Positions 26,647 through 36,078 of a stretch of DNA of 39,207 nt are shown one piece after another. Position 1 is the first letter of the stretch, and each line of letters starts with the position of its first letter. The notes below the pieces were generated by a model. The model was given only the letters and a program-made list of their open reading frames with translations. It was not told where the DNA came from and ran no database searches. This DNA comes from a virus. Its lineage: Duplodnaviria; Caudoviricetes. Made by a program: the position numbers and the translations under genes. The stretch covers positions 1 through 39,207 of IMG/VR virus record IMGVR_UViG_3300043436_004117; one strand, given 5' to 3'.

Positions 26647-28704
26647 TTATTCTCCCTTGACTCTTTTGGTTAGTTGTTCAATCTTACTCGCGTGGACTTT
26701 GCGGATAAGTTCGGCTTTTCTGGTTTCAGGGCTACGACCAATGCTGGCCGCCAACGCTGAAATTTGCTCTGCTATTTCTGCTGGCTCATAGGCAGGCAAC
26801 GATAGAGAGGCAACTAAGCCTTCAAGTTCGCGAACACGGATTTTGGGGAAGCCCGGAACATTGACCGCGAGCACCGCGACCAGTTCGAGGTTGCCACCAA
26901 TACGACGCCAATCGCCTGAAACATCTGAAGCCATAAGGCCTCGGATATGGTTCGGTTGGAGTTCAGGTCGAATACAGCCCGACACCCAAATACCAAAGGC
27001 GTCCTCGCCTGCGGTTACATCAGCCGCGGCTAACGCGGTGTTGTCGTAGTGCGCCGAAGTATCACGAGCACCGAGGTTGTGGGGCGCGTGGTTACCGTTC
27101 ATAGTGATTTGGCCTACAGGGAAACGAGCGCCATCTTCGCAGAGTATTTCACCTGTAAGGAAATGGGCATAGTTAGTGGCGCTGGCAGGTGGTTCGACGC
27201 AACGGTTGGTGTGACCGATATGGCACTGACCCCACACGGCAAGGTGACCAAAGATGCGCCCCTCGTCCGTAACCGTCAAAGGCGTCGGTGCAGACAGGTT
27301 TGGGTTTGCGAACCAGTCCGAAGGAGGAACGATCGGTGCGCTAATCGGGTGGCCGCTAGCAACAATCGAACCTTCAGTTTCGCGAGACTCCATTTGGCGC
27401 TTTACTTTTTCAGCCCAAACACGGCCGGGGTCGCCTCCCCACAAAGCCCAAGCGATACGACCAGCAGACGGGAAGCCGTCCTCATCTGGACTCCAGCCTT
27501 GACCTTTTTTGTCGACTTCGTGACGAGCGAAATAGGAAACCATACGGTTGACGGTGCTGGGCGACAGGTTTTTGCCGTTCGAAATATCGCGTGCGCGAGC
27601 AACACCAACTGCGGTGCCTCCGCGTCCGTATTCTTCACGCCATTTGAGTCCTAGTTCGGCTTCGTCCTGTGCGCCCTTTGGTGGCACAAAGTCAATGTCT
27701 TCGAATGATTGGAAGGTATTAAGGTAGCCAGAAACCCTGCGAGTGACCGCTAGCGAGGCCGTCAAAGCCGCGACAGACTCGATAAACGCCTCTTGAAACG
27801 CAGGGAACGGAACAACGGTCGCGCCCATGATGCGTGCGCCAGTGATGCGCATCTTCATATCCTCTGCGGAGAGCACAGTATTTCCGTCCTCGTCTACGGT
27901 TGGCTCGGCTGGTTCCACCATAATGACTTCGTATTCAACGGCGTCAAGGTCTACTGAAATGCCTCGAAGTTCGCCTTTGCGGATTAGTTTTTGCAGGCGC
28001 TCGACATTTTCATTTTCAGAGTCAATGAAGCGTCCATAGCCGTGTAGTTCGCGTCCTGCTCGTTCAATGCGTGTGATGTTCCCGATAAGCACAGCGTCCA
28101 TATGGGCTTCGGTTGTGCGGTCGATAGCCATCAAAGGCAACGGAAGGTCGCGGTAGCCGAGGGCATTCTCCTCGATGTAGCGTCCGTCTCCTGTCCAGAC
28201 TCCTTCGACTACCAGCAAGGTGTGGAAGTCGTCGGCGTCGTCAATCTCGTCCAGTTCGTCGTCGGAGTCATCGTCGGGGTCGTCCATATCGTCCGCGTCG
28301 TCGTCCAGTTCGCTATCTGCCTCGTCTGCTTGCCAAGCATTACAGTAGAAGCCTCCATCGACGAAGTCGTCCCAACGGGTGCAGTACGCCTTCTCTCCTG
28401 ATTCGTCGAGTTTGCTCTCGTCATAGAATTCGCAGTTACCGCACGCACGACCTTCAGGTACATCGTCGCTTAACGCTGGTCGGTAGTTATCTGGAAGCGC
28501 AAAAGCCTGTGTTCCAGACTTTGAGGTATCCAAAACATCAACTTCATCTATCACAGGCACAATTTGTAAACGCACGCGAGAAATGGTAGCAGTTCCACTC
28601 TCTTTTGCGTCGCGTTCTACAGCAGAGCAATAGCCCTCTGGACTTTCTTTGTCTTGGTTTTGACGCACACAATCATCGAAGTCGTCATATCCTGCAAATG
28701 GCAT
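26647..28704 (-). CDS. multidomain capsid maturation protease
   Basis: TGDGRYI, GISVDLD and PAFQEA protease region; C-terminal GRIFGHLA...SGDWR...VNVPGFP domain; extra inserted domains. Confidence 0.85.
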   Translation of the reverse strand: MPFAGYDDFDDCVRQNQDKESPEGYCSAVERDAKESGTATISRVRLQIVPVIDEVDVLDTSKSGTQAFALPDNYRPALSDDVPEGRACGNCEFYDESKLDESGEKAYCTRWDDFVDGGFYCNAWQADEADSELDDDADDMDDPDDDSDDELDEIDDADDFHTLLVVEGVWTGDGRYIEENALGYRDLPLPLMAIDRTTEAHMDAVLIGNITRIERAGRELHGYGRFIDSENENVERLQKLIRKGELRGISVDLDAVEYEVIMVEPAEPTVDEDGNTVLSAEDMKMRITGARIMGATVVPFPAFQEAFIESVAALTASLAVTRRVSGYLNTFQSFEDIDFVPPKGAQDEAELGLKWREEYGRGGTAVGVARARDISNGKNLSPSTVNRMVSYFARHEVDKKGQGWSPDEDGFPSAGRIAWALWGGDPGRVWAEKVKRQMESRETEGSIVASGHPISAPIVPPSDWFANPNLSAPTPLTVTDEGRIFGHLAVWGQCHIGHTNRCVEPPASATNYAHFLTGEILCEDGARFPVGQITMNGNHAPHNLGARDTSAHYDNTALAAADVTAGEDAFGIWVSGCIRPELQPNHIRGLMASDVSGDWRRIGGNLELVAVLAVNVPGFPKIRVRELEGLVASLSLPAYEPAEIAEQISALAASIGRSPETRKAELIRKVHASKIEQLTKRVKGE

Positions 28705-28713
28705 GCCGTAAGT

Positions 28714-28917
28714 CTAGGCGTTTTCTTTGCTTCGGTTTTTGATTTTGATGATTTTGCTAACTCGGTCAGGCGCGAAGTTTCGCCAAGCGCCGTGACCCAT
28801 CGCACCGCCAAAGCATCGAATCGATCCGTCGCTATCGAAACCTCGAAACACAAAGGTTCCGCGTTCTCCTTTGACCTTGAACTCTTGACCGTTTTCTAGC
28901 GATGTCGGATCTATCAA
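28714..28917 (-). CDS. small SH3-like hypothetical protein
   Basis: TTG start after AAGGAG; FKVKGERGTFVF...RNFAPDRV. Confidence 0.65.
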   Translation of the reverse strand: MIDPTSLENGQEFKVKGERGTFVFRGFDSDGSIRCFGGAMGHGAWRNFAPDRVSKIIKIKNRSKENA

Positions 28918-28971
28918 AACGGCTCCTTGCCCTGTGGAAATCTTGTCTCTGCTTGACTGTAAATTGTAGCG

Positions 28972-29631
28972 ATGACTCGCCACCCAATTAGCGTGATGAT
29001 GCCTTATCGCCCAACCCCAAGCAGGAAACCTCTCCAAATTGCTGTCACTAAATGGTGGGAAAGTAACTTCAATATCACCCCAATCAGGTTAGACAGCGCC
29101 CACAAAATCTTTAACCTCGCCGCGGTTAGGAACAAGTGCGTTGACGAAAGCCCTACTGAAATAGTCATCGTGACGGACGCAGACATTATTTGCGAACCAA
29201 AAGCGATCGTTGAAGCAGTTGAGAGTGTGGCCACTACTGGCAATACCTGCGTGCCATACAACAAACATCATGTTTTGACTAATAAAGGAACAAAAAACTA
29301 TCTCAAAGGTCAAGATATCGGCGCACAACCGCACATCGCTTTCGAGAGCACCGATGGTGGCATCGTCGTAACGACGAAGTCAATGTGGCAACGGCACAAC
29401 GGACAAGATGAGAGGTTTGTTGGTTGGGGTGGTGAGGATATTTGTTGGGCTTTGGCATACGAGACCCTCATTGGAACTCTGATAAGACTTGATGCCATCG
29501 CTTGGACAATGCACCACCAACCAGCCCCAAGAAACATCGACGCTGAGAACAAAAACAAACTGAGAACTAGATATGTCGAAGCGCAAGGCGATTTAGCCAA
29601 GATGAGCCAGTTAATTAAGGGCAACAGATAG
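28972..29631 (+). CDS. glycosyltransferase, GT-A fold (GT2/GT7-like)
   Basis: PYR, DAD, GQDERFVGWGGED. Confidence 0.9.
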   Translation: MTRHPISVMMPYRPTPSRKPLQIAVTKWWESNFNITPIRLDSAHKIFNLAAVRNKCVDESPTEIVIVTDADIICEPKAIVEAVESVATTGNTCVPYNKHHVLTNKGTKNYLKGQDIGAQPHIAFESTDGGIVVTTKSMWQRHNGQDERFVGWGGEDICWALAYETLIGTLIRLDAIAWTMHHQPAPRNIDAENKNKLRTRYVEAQGDLAKMSQLIKGNR

Positions 29632-29640
29632 TCTCTCCCC

Positions 29641-30339
29641 ATGATTGATGCAGGCTTTACAGTCACGGTTCCTTGGCGAACCACACCGACAAGAGCACCA
29701 TTATTTGAAGCGTTGACCAATTGGTACAAAGAACATATGGGGCTTGACATTTTTGCCTATGACAGTCCGCAAGTCACCGACGACCTGCACAAACACCAAC
29801 GCCACTTCAATACGGCGGCGTCCCGTAATTACTGCGTCGAACAGTCACCTACTGAGATAGTCGTTATTAACGACGCTGACACGATTCCGAATAAAGATGC
29901 CCTTATTGAGGCGATTGAATATGTAAAGCGGACAGGCCAGACTTGTCTGCCGTACACCAGATACAACATTGTTAATTACGAAGCAACGCGCAAATACCTA
30001 GATGGAGAAGCCATAAGCCCTCGCTCATGCACTATTTACGCCCCTGCGGTCGGTGGGATTCTTGTGACGACTAAGACGATGTGGAACCTTCACAACGGTC
30101 AGGACGAGAGAATGTTTGGGTGGGGCTATCAAGACACCGCATGGCATACGGCCTATGAAACCCTAATTGGCGAGATGCATCGTATTGACGGAGATATTTA
30201 TTCACTGACTCATAAGTTGGCTGAGAGGGGAGCCAATATTGCGAATAACCGAAGTCACTTTCAGCGATATCTAAATGCCAAAGGCAACATCGACGCTATG
30301 GCTTCACTCGTTTCAGGCAACCGTCTGCCAAGAAACTAA
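29641..30339 (+). CDS. glycosyltransferase, GT-A fold (paralogue)
   Basis: PWR, DAD, GQDERMFGWGYQD. Confidence 0.88.
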   Translation: MIDAGFTVTVPWRTTPTRAPLFEALTNWYKEHMGLDIFAYDSPQVTDDLHKHQRHFNTAASRNYCVEQSPTEIVVINDADTIPNKDALIEAIEYVKRTGQTCLPYTRYNIVNYEATRKYLDGEAISPRSCTIYAPAVGGILVTTKTMWNLHNGQDERMFGWGYQDTAWHTAYETLIGEMHRIDGDIYSLTHKLAERGANIANNRSHFQRYLNAKGNIDAMASLVSGNRLPRN

Positions 30340-30346
30340 ATGACGA

Positions 30347-30529
30347 TCACCAGTGGCTTCTGATATGTCTCTGCTCTGCGGTTCGGCGTGGTTTGCGGAC
30401 TTTGGGTCGCGCTTGGATTTCCATCTGGCGAATGCGCCCGATTAGGTAACCGAACACACCGCCGAAGAAAAGAAATCCGAACAAGGCTAATTGAAGCCTG
30501 CCCTCTGAGATTGTTATTGCGTCGTTCAT
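30347..30529 (-). CDS. small membrane protein
   Basis: Single TM; RBS AAGGA. Confidence 0.6.
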   Translation of the reverse strand: MNDAITISEGRLQLALFGFLFFGGVFGYLIGRIRQMEIQARPKVRKPRRTAEQRHIRSHW

Positions 30530-30548
30530 GGGGTTTCCTTTTTGGTTT

Positions 30549-30806
30549 TCACTGGTTTTTGGTGCGTGCGAGCAGGACTCGCATTTCTTTAACGAACTTG
30601 GCTTCTTCGGGATCGTATGGCTGGAAGTCGTGCACTACTGATTCAGCGCAAAGGTTGAAATGATTGCGACCACCAATCTTGCGCATGACTACGGTTCGAC
30701 CGTTCAGGTAGAACCAACCTTCAACAGTTCTGAAGTAGTAGTCGGGTTGCATATAGGTCAGCGTTCCTCGCTGTGCGTGGAATGTGAGTGTGTTTTGTGT
30801 GCTCAT
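30549..30806 (-). CDS. hypothetical protein (~85 aa)
   Basis: ATG at 30806 after GAAAGG. Confidence 0.6.
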   Translation of the reverse strand: MSTQNTLTFHAQRGTLTYMQPDYYFRTVEGWFYLNGRTVVMRKIGGRNHFNLCAESVVHDFQPYDPEEAKFVKEMRVLLARTKNQ

Positions 30807-30820
30807 TTTGGTTTTGCCTT

Positions 30821-31228
30821 TCAGTATGAGAATGTGTCGTTGTATTTGGCTTGCAGGGCTTTGAGTTCTGCGACCAGAGACTGCCACTCTGTCTGCAAAG
30901 CATCTGAGATGGTGTCTGTGTTGCCTTGTACTATGACGATCTGATACCACTCGTCGGTGTCTCGGCGTGCGTCCATCGCCTCGCCTAGCGCCTTGATTCG
31001 TGCTTTGAGTTCTTCAGCCCAATCGCATGCTTGGCTGTAGGTCGCTTTGATTTCTTGCTCCTCTGCGGTCAAGCACTTGTGGGCAAGTTGCAGGGTCTTT
31101 ATTACGCGCCCGTTTTCGCCTTTAACTTGGGTCGAGTCCGCGTTGGTCAGGTAGTACTTGCCTGCTTTAGAGGTAGCCCAAACGAGGCCTCCCATACCGC
31201 AGTTCTTACAGGTGATGATTTTCTTCAT
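30821..31228 (-). CDS. hypothetical protein with CxxC, leaderless
   Basis: ATG 7 nt after the -10 of promoter copy 3; CKNCG...W...GKYY. Confidence 0.7.
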   Translation of the reverse strand: MKKIITCKNCGMGGLVWATSKAGKYYLTNADSTQVKGENGRVIKTLQLAHKCLTAEEQEIKATYSQACDWAEELKARIKALGEAMDARRDTDEWYQIVIVQGNTDTISDALQTEWQSLVAELKALQAKYNDTFSY

Positions 31229-31235
31229 GGGGTGA

Positions 31236-31264
31236 ACAGTACCCGACCTTGGTTGGCTCATCAA
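31236..31264 (-). promoter_or_regulatory. promoter with dyad in spacer (copy 3)
   Basis: TTGATG-aGCCAACcaagGTCGGG-TACTGT. Confidence 0.75.
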
Positions 31265-31306
31265 CCGTATCCGAGCCAATCCCAAGCACTTATCTGGGAA
31301 GGGATC

Positions 31307-31343
31307 GCCCCTTGCCGTCAGGGAGGTAATAACGACAAGGGGC
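31307..31343. other. GC-rich hairpin (possible terminator)
   Basis: GCCCCTTG.CGT / ACG.CAAGGGGC; no clear U-tract. Confidence 0.35.
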
Positions 31344-31474
31344 TGAGGGCGTCCCTACCCCTGCCAGAAGCCTAGTGGGGTGCACATAGCCTGCAGGCGG
31401 TTTTCGAGCCACACAAGGCCACACGGCGCGCCTAACAGGGAAACCTAAGCGCCCGACCGAGGCCTATCAAAGCC

Positions 31475-31745
31475 TTATGCTCGAACTGCTCGAAAATATC
31501 ATCGAATATCAGCGCATATCTTCGAATATCAGCCAATATCAGCCAATATCGGCAACATATGCTCAAATATCATCGAATATCATCATGAGATTTCGCATAT
31601 CATCAAGATTTCGAGCGTTTTTCAACCGATCGGTGCGATTTCGAGGGCTTTTTCGCAAAATATCATGTTCTCATGCTGGCTCATGTTGAGCAGGTTGCCC
31701 TATTTGGCGCTCATGTTGTTCATATGCCCCTCATGTCGTTCATGT
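31475..31745. repeat. ApT-rich phased repeat island B
   Basis: AATATC units at ~10-bp spacing, followed by TCATG units. Confidence 0.75.
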
Positions 31746-31808
31746 CTGGCATAAGCGGAACAGGGACGGGCGCGTCGCCCTTTGAAGTGCTACTCGGCGT
31801 CGGGTTTG

Positions 31809-33311
31809 CTAGACAATTTCTACTAGAAACTCCAGCCCCTCCGCAGTCTCTCGTCTTTCAATTATTCGCATCGATGTTCCCTTGGGGAGCAGAAACTCAT
31901 ATTCATTAGTTAATCCACTACTCCTCGCGGCAGACATGACGATACCTTTCTGTCCCTCTGGTGCCGCTATTCGTAAAACTGCTCCGCCTCTATCGCTCAA
32001 GCGACCAGCGAAGCGCTCGGCCTGACTGCGCACAAAAGAAGTCGACTGATAACCAGCATCAGTAATTGTCTCTCCAACGCTTAGGCTGGAGATATTTTCA
32101 AGAAGGTCTCCCTCAACTCCTCGATAGAGCCAAGTATCTGCCTCTAGTCCGGGAGTTCTATCAATTAGAGCGTCTAGGTTTTGAATGTTTTGTTCAGCCT
32201 CTGCAATTTTTTCTGCTGATAACTCATCAAGAACATCAGATTTGTTGCGCAAAATTGCATTCATATCGCGATATCCAGCCTTCTGATAACTGACAAGTGC
32301 TTCTAGTTGTTCAGGAGGCAATCTTTTCTCTGTCAAACCGAGTTCTCTGTAAATTCCTTCAGTTTCAATTGTTTTCTCAAACGGGTCACCATTATCGCCG
32401 CCGAACTGCTGTGGATTTAACGACAACTGTGCATCTGGTTGTTTGATTGCATTCAGAGGCTCACCAATTATGCTCCCGTCAGGTCTGGTTTCGCCTACAT
32501 AGTAAGAGTTGTAATAGCAACGGCAATTCACAACCTCGCCAGCAGGTGCGCCCGGCGAATGAGGAAACATCATCTGTACTCCACCAACCGTAAAAGGCTG
32601 GCTGAAAGGTATCGGCACCGCTTCGGTTTGTTGCCAAACAGAGAGATGGTTTGCCCTTGTACGGGCATCCAAGGTTGCGACCCAAACTTTCTCAACGGGG
32701 CCATACTCACCGAGGGCTTGGTCGGCGGCATAGTTTCCGTTGATGTAGGCCGCTGAGGTTTCAGTGCGTGCAATCGTGTCGGCTCGATACTCGGAGAAGT
32801 TGCCTAGTTGTTCGAACTGTTGCTTCAACATTTCCGTTGGCGCACCGCTTTCCAAAGCCTTCGAGGTTCGCTTACGCATATCGTTCCAGATTGTGTTGCC
32901 GACACCACGCAGGCGGTTCTCGGCGTTCAGCGAGTATTCGACCGCTTGCTGGTTGACAACATCTGCCCATTGCGAGACTGAGGACGCAGGGATTGAGTTC
33001 AGGCCTGACGACACTGTGTAGGCCGACACTGCGCCAGCCAGATAAGTTTCGTTGATGGCAGGTATCACACGGCTTTGTGCGACGAGGTTCCATTCTGGTA
33101 TTACCTCATCGATGATGAAAATGTCGCCCGACGCTACAACTGCCGTCTCGTCGACGGATTTGATGAGTTTGCGATAAGCCCTAGTGGTTATTTTTTTGAT
33201 TTCAACGGCGATGAGTTCGGCTAGGTCTTGTGACCTTGCTTCAATCCAGTCCTCGTACTCTTGACGGTTCCGAGGGTTAGGAATGTCCGAGGGCGACAAC
33301 AAGTCTGCCAT
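31809..33311 (-). CDS. MuF-like head morphogenesis protein fused to ADP-ribosyltransferase
   Basis: IARTE, KVWVATLDARTR.NH, NCRC (MuF); MN..LR, LYRG, STS, EYEFLLPKG (R-S-E ART). Confidence 0.92.
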   Translation of the reverse strand: MADLLSPSDIPNPRNRQEYEDWIEARSQDLAELIAVEIKKITTRAYRKLIKSVDETAVVASGDIFIIDEVIPEWNLVAQSRVIPAINETYLAGAVSAYTVSSGLNSIPASSVSQWADVVNQQAVEYSLNAENRLRGVGNTIWNDMRKRTSKALESGAPTEMLKQQFEQLGNFSEYRADTIARTETSAAYINGNYAADQALGEYGPVEKVWVATLDARTRANHLSVWQQTEAVPIPFSQPFTVGGVQMMFPHSPGAPAGEVVNCRCYYNSYYVGETRPDGSIIGEPLNAIKQPDAQLSLNPQQFGGDNGDPFEKTIETEGIYRELGLTEKRLPPEQLEALVSYQKAGYRDMNAILRNKSDVLDELSAEKIAEAEQNIQNLDALIDRTPGLEADTWLYRGVEGDLLENISSLSVGETITDAGYQSTSFVRSQAERFAGRLSDRGGAVLRIAAPEGQKGIVMSAARSSGLTNEYEFLLPKGTSMRIIERRETAEGLEFLVEIV

Positions 33312-35148
33312 ATCGGTGCTCCTGTCGAGCCGCGAGCAAAGCGCGAGTGTAGGTGTCCAATATCTCGATTAGTTCTTCCGCGTTGGCGTGGTAACGGTTC
33401 GCTATTTCAGGAACCAAACTCCATGCGCCTTCGAGAAGAGAGTCGAAGTTGCTGTACAGCGTCGCGTCGATTTGGGTATGGAACGAGTACGGATCGTCGC
33501 ATTGAATAGAGGCGGCACCGCCGGGTTGTCCCTTACCAGCGGCAGAACGAAGGCGTGACCCTGCTCGTTCGAGCGCCCGTCGAACAATAATGTCGCAAGC
33601 CGCGGACAGTTGATTGCCGATAGTGGCTCTTTCAGGTAGCGCGCGCGGTGCGTTTGGCGTTGCTGTCTCTTCGGTTTCAGTAATTGTTCGTTCTTCGATT
33701 GCTGGGACTGTGTTCGAGATAATTTCCCCTGCTTGCTCTTCGGTTAGATAAGCAAGTTCGGCAAGGATGGAAGGAGCCAAGGCAGGCGCGCCTTTCATTA
33801 CCGAGAGAAGTATGCGTTCACGCTTTTCTTGCTCATCTGGGGCGTCCTCAACAGACAGGCCAAGTTCGCGGAGCAAAGCGTCAGCGGAGAGTTCAATGCG
33901 ATCGTACGCTTCGATGGCGTTCGAGGATTTGTCGGGTCGGGTTCTCAGGTCGCTTGTGTCGTACCAAACCATCGCTTCGGATTCGTCGAAGCCCTCGCTC
34001 ATCAAGGCGGCTCGAAGGAAGCCAATCGTCAAGGCGTGGACGACCGTTTCCATTAAAGGCTCGATATGTAGGGTGATTGCTTCTTCCGCTACCTGCCAAG
34101 CGCCCCAATGGTTCATGGCGCTGGTTCCTGTGAGGATTTCAGGCGGTATGTCCATGCCTAGCGCCAAACGACGAATTGCGTTATCAAGTAGTTCTTTGGC
34201 TTGCGCGTCGAAAGGCGTGGAGAACGATAGGTGCTTGATTTTGTCGACTAGTTCGCCCGGCACTTTGATTACCAAAGGCACTACGGCGGCCGCTGAACCT
34301 CTATCGGTCAAAGGTACGGTCATCGCGTCGATAAGGGATTCAACGAAGTTGTCCTGCGGTGGGGTTATGTCTTCGTCGTCGGGGTCGACGCTTTGCGATG
34401 TTTGTGGGCCTTGCCCGTCGGGGAATACAGCCTCGGCTGGTATTGCTAGAAGGCCTGCACCAGCAAGGCGCGACTGTGCGCTGGCTTGGATGTGCTTGCT
34501 TAGAAGGTCGATTTCGTTAAGCACCGATAGCACTCCGCGTGTAGGTGCGTCGGCTTCCCACGATTTACGGGGATGCTTTCTCCATACTTTGACGATGACC
34601 GCGTTCGGATGTATTTTTCGCCATTCGCGTTCGCTGACCCTGATTTGGATTGAGCCTTCCCATTCGCGCAGTTCTTCGCCCGATAGAACTTCCCAAGTGT
34701 CGAACTGGTCGGAGCCGTAATCGTAAAGGGGTGGCTCGACTACGAGGTAGGCGATACCAACTACGGAGAGGTGAATACCAAACGAGGCGAGCATTTGCCC
34801 TTGGCCTGAAGAGCCGTCGGCAATCATCGCGACTATTTCTGCGGCGCGGCGCTCGGCTGGGGTGATTGATTCATCGTTGAGGTCTATGACTACGGGTTCG
34901 TCGCCTGCGGCAAGTGGTGGTCTAGCCGCCACAAGGTTGACTCGGCTCATTGCGTTACTAATCCAAGAAACCCCGAAGCGAAGTTCACCAATCGTGTCGT
35001 AATACTCCCACGCGTCGTTTTGCCAACTGCGATGATAAACAACTCCACTGGAGCGTTGAACATTTGCGTTTGGGGACGCGATTACCTGCGCCGAAGCGAC
35101 AAGGGAGTTTGGGACATGAGATTTACTTCGACGACGACGATCGGGCAC
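33277..35148 (-). CDS. portal protein
   Basis: WQNDAWEYYDTIGELRF, SRLAGAG, LALGMDIPPEIL, NHWGAW. Confidence 0.92.
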   Translation of the reverse strand: MPDRRRRSKSHVPNSLVASAQVIASPNANVQRSSGVVYHRSWQNDAWEYYDTIGELRFGVSWISNAMSRVNLVAARPPLAAGDEPVVIDLNDESITPAERRAAEIVAMIADGSSGQGQMLASFGIHLSVVGIAYLVVEPPLYDYGSDQFDTWEVLSGEELREWEGSIQIRVSEREWRKIHPNAVIVKVWRKHPRKSWEADAPTRGVLSVLNEIDLLSKHIQASAQSRLAGAGLLAIPAEAVFPDGQGPQTSQSVDPDDEDITPPQDNFVESLIDAMTVPLTDRGSAAAVVPLVIKVPGELVDKIKHLSFSTPFDAQAKELLDNAIRRLALGMDIPPEILTGTSAMNHWGAWQVAEEAITLHIEPLMETVVHALTIGFLRAALMSEGFDESEAMVWYDTSDLRTRPDKSSNAIEAYDRIELSADALLRELGLSVEDAPDEQEKRERILLSVMKGAPALAPSILAELAYLTEEQAGEIISNTVPAIEERTITETEETATPNAPRALPERATIGNQLSAACDIIVRRALERAGSRLRSAAGKGQPGGAASIQCDDPYSFHTQIDATLYSNFDSLLEGAWSLVPEIANRYHANAEELIEILDTYTRALLAARQEHRYGRLVVALGHS

Positions 35149-35212
35149 GAGCGATAGTCTAGGTCATTTCTGCACCTGTTTGGCAATAACTCTAATTTCT
35201 AGTTGGAGTCTG

Positions 35213-35365
35213 CTAGTGGCGCTTGTTGAATCTGAAACCAAATTCGTGAAGGCCAACTACTAGGAGAACGCCTCGCCATTCACTTCCGTTGAGCCAATGA
35301 AGGCGAACAGATGGTCGTAGAGGTGGGTTCAAAGGCTCTTGCTTAAAGTGGTGAAACCTAGACAT
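35213..35365 (-). CDS. small hypothetical protein (50 aa; not in ORF track)
   Basis: MSRFHHFKQ...; overlaps the upstream stop and fills the gap. Confidence 0.45.
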   Translation of the reverse strand: MSRFHHFKQEPLNPPLRPSVRLHWLNGSEWRGVLLVVGLHEFGFRFNKRH

Positions 35366-35540
35366 CGCTTACCTGCGTTCCATAAACGCGAGACGCATAG
35401 ATGCAGGGGTCATTCCCATCTTCAAAGGATGACCGTTCTTCTTCGGTCAAATCTGGGCCGTCGTGTGTTCCGCAGTACACCGTCGAAATCCATCCCTTAT
35501 CGATTCCTTCCTTCAACCAGATGTCGAAGTCTCTAATCAT
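35358..35540 (-). CDS. small hypothetical protein
   Basis: ATGA coupling; GW...CGTHDG...GNDPC. Confidence 0.7.
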   Translation of the reverse strand: MIRDFDIWLKEGIDKGWISTVYCGTHDGPDLTEEERSSFEDGNDPCIYASRVYGTQVSDV

Positions 35541-35818
35541 TTTTTGCTCTCTTTCCATGCGTGGTAGTGCATCAGCCCACATGAGCACATCATGCCTGCT
35601 AGGCAACCCTCGTGATGGGTGTAGCCCTCTGGTCGTTTGTATGCCTTTTCACAGACACGAGTCAGAGTCTGTATGTCTTTTAGGTTGCTTGCAATCTCTC
35701 TCCGCAGGTGCTCAATCTCCTCGACGGCATCTGTGCAAGCAGTCGGGATGATGTGTCCTGATATGTCACCAGTCAATGAGGCAATGCGTCGCAGTCGAGT
35801 CACAATGTCATCAGTCAT
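35537..35818 (-). CDS. hypothetical protein
   Basis: MTDDIVTRLR start; ATGA coupling. Confidence 0.7.
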   Translation of the reverse strand: MTDDIVTRLRRIASLTGDISGHIIPTACTDAVEEIEHLRREIASNLKDIQTLTRVCEKAYKRPEGYTHHEGCLAGMMCSCGLMHYHAWKESKK

Positions 35819-36078
35819 TCTGCTGTCTCCCACCATTGACGACCCCACAGGAGTGAGGGGTGTGTACCGATACGAATAGCGATGCGGTCGGCGTGGTACA
35901 CGGTCAGCATGTAGTTGCGATTGTTACGCCACCTGTTTACCTGAGTCCTGCCTACGCCAAGAGCGTCCCCTATTAGCGTGTCATCGCATTCGGCGTCAAA
36001 GAGCGCAAAGAGAACGCGCGCATCGAAATGCCGAGGTTCAGGCATCGGGCCTTTTCGAGTCTTAGTTTGTGCTTTCAT
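35815..36078 (-). CDS. XRE-like HTH transcriptional regulator
   Basis: DTLIGDALGVGRTQVNRWRN...ADRIAIRIGTHPSLLW. Confidence 0.75.
   Translation of the reverse strand: MKAQTKTRKGPMPEPRHFDARVLFALFDAECDDTLIGDALGVGRTQVNRWRNNRNYMLTVYHADRIAIRIGTHPSLLWGRQWWETAE

Noticed and set aside
31477-31689. Plus-strand 70-aa ORF (and similar 7151-7333)
   Set aside because: Translation of the periodic repeat island; low complexity
33767-34720. 317-aa plus-strand ORF
   Set aside because: Antisense shadow of the portal gene; the same applies to 38678-39127, 27049-27654 and other antisense ORFs
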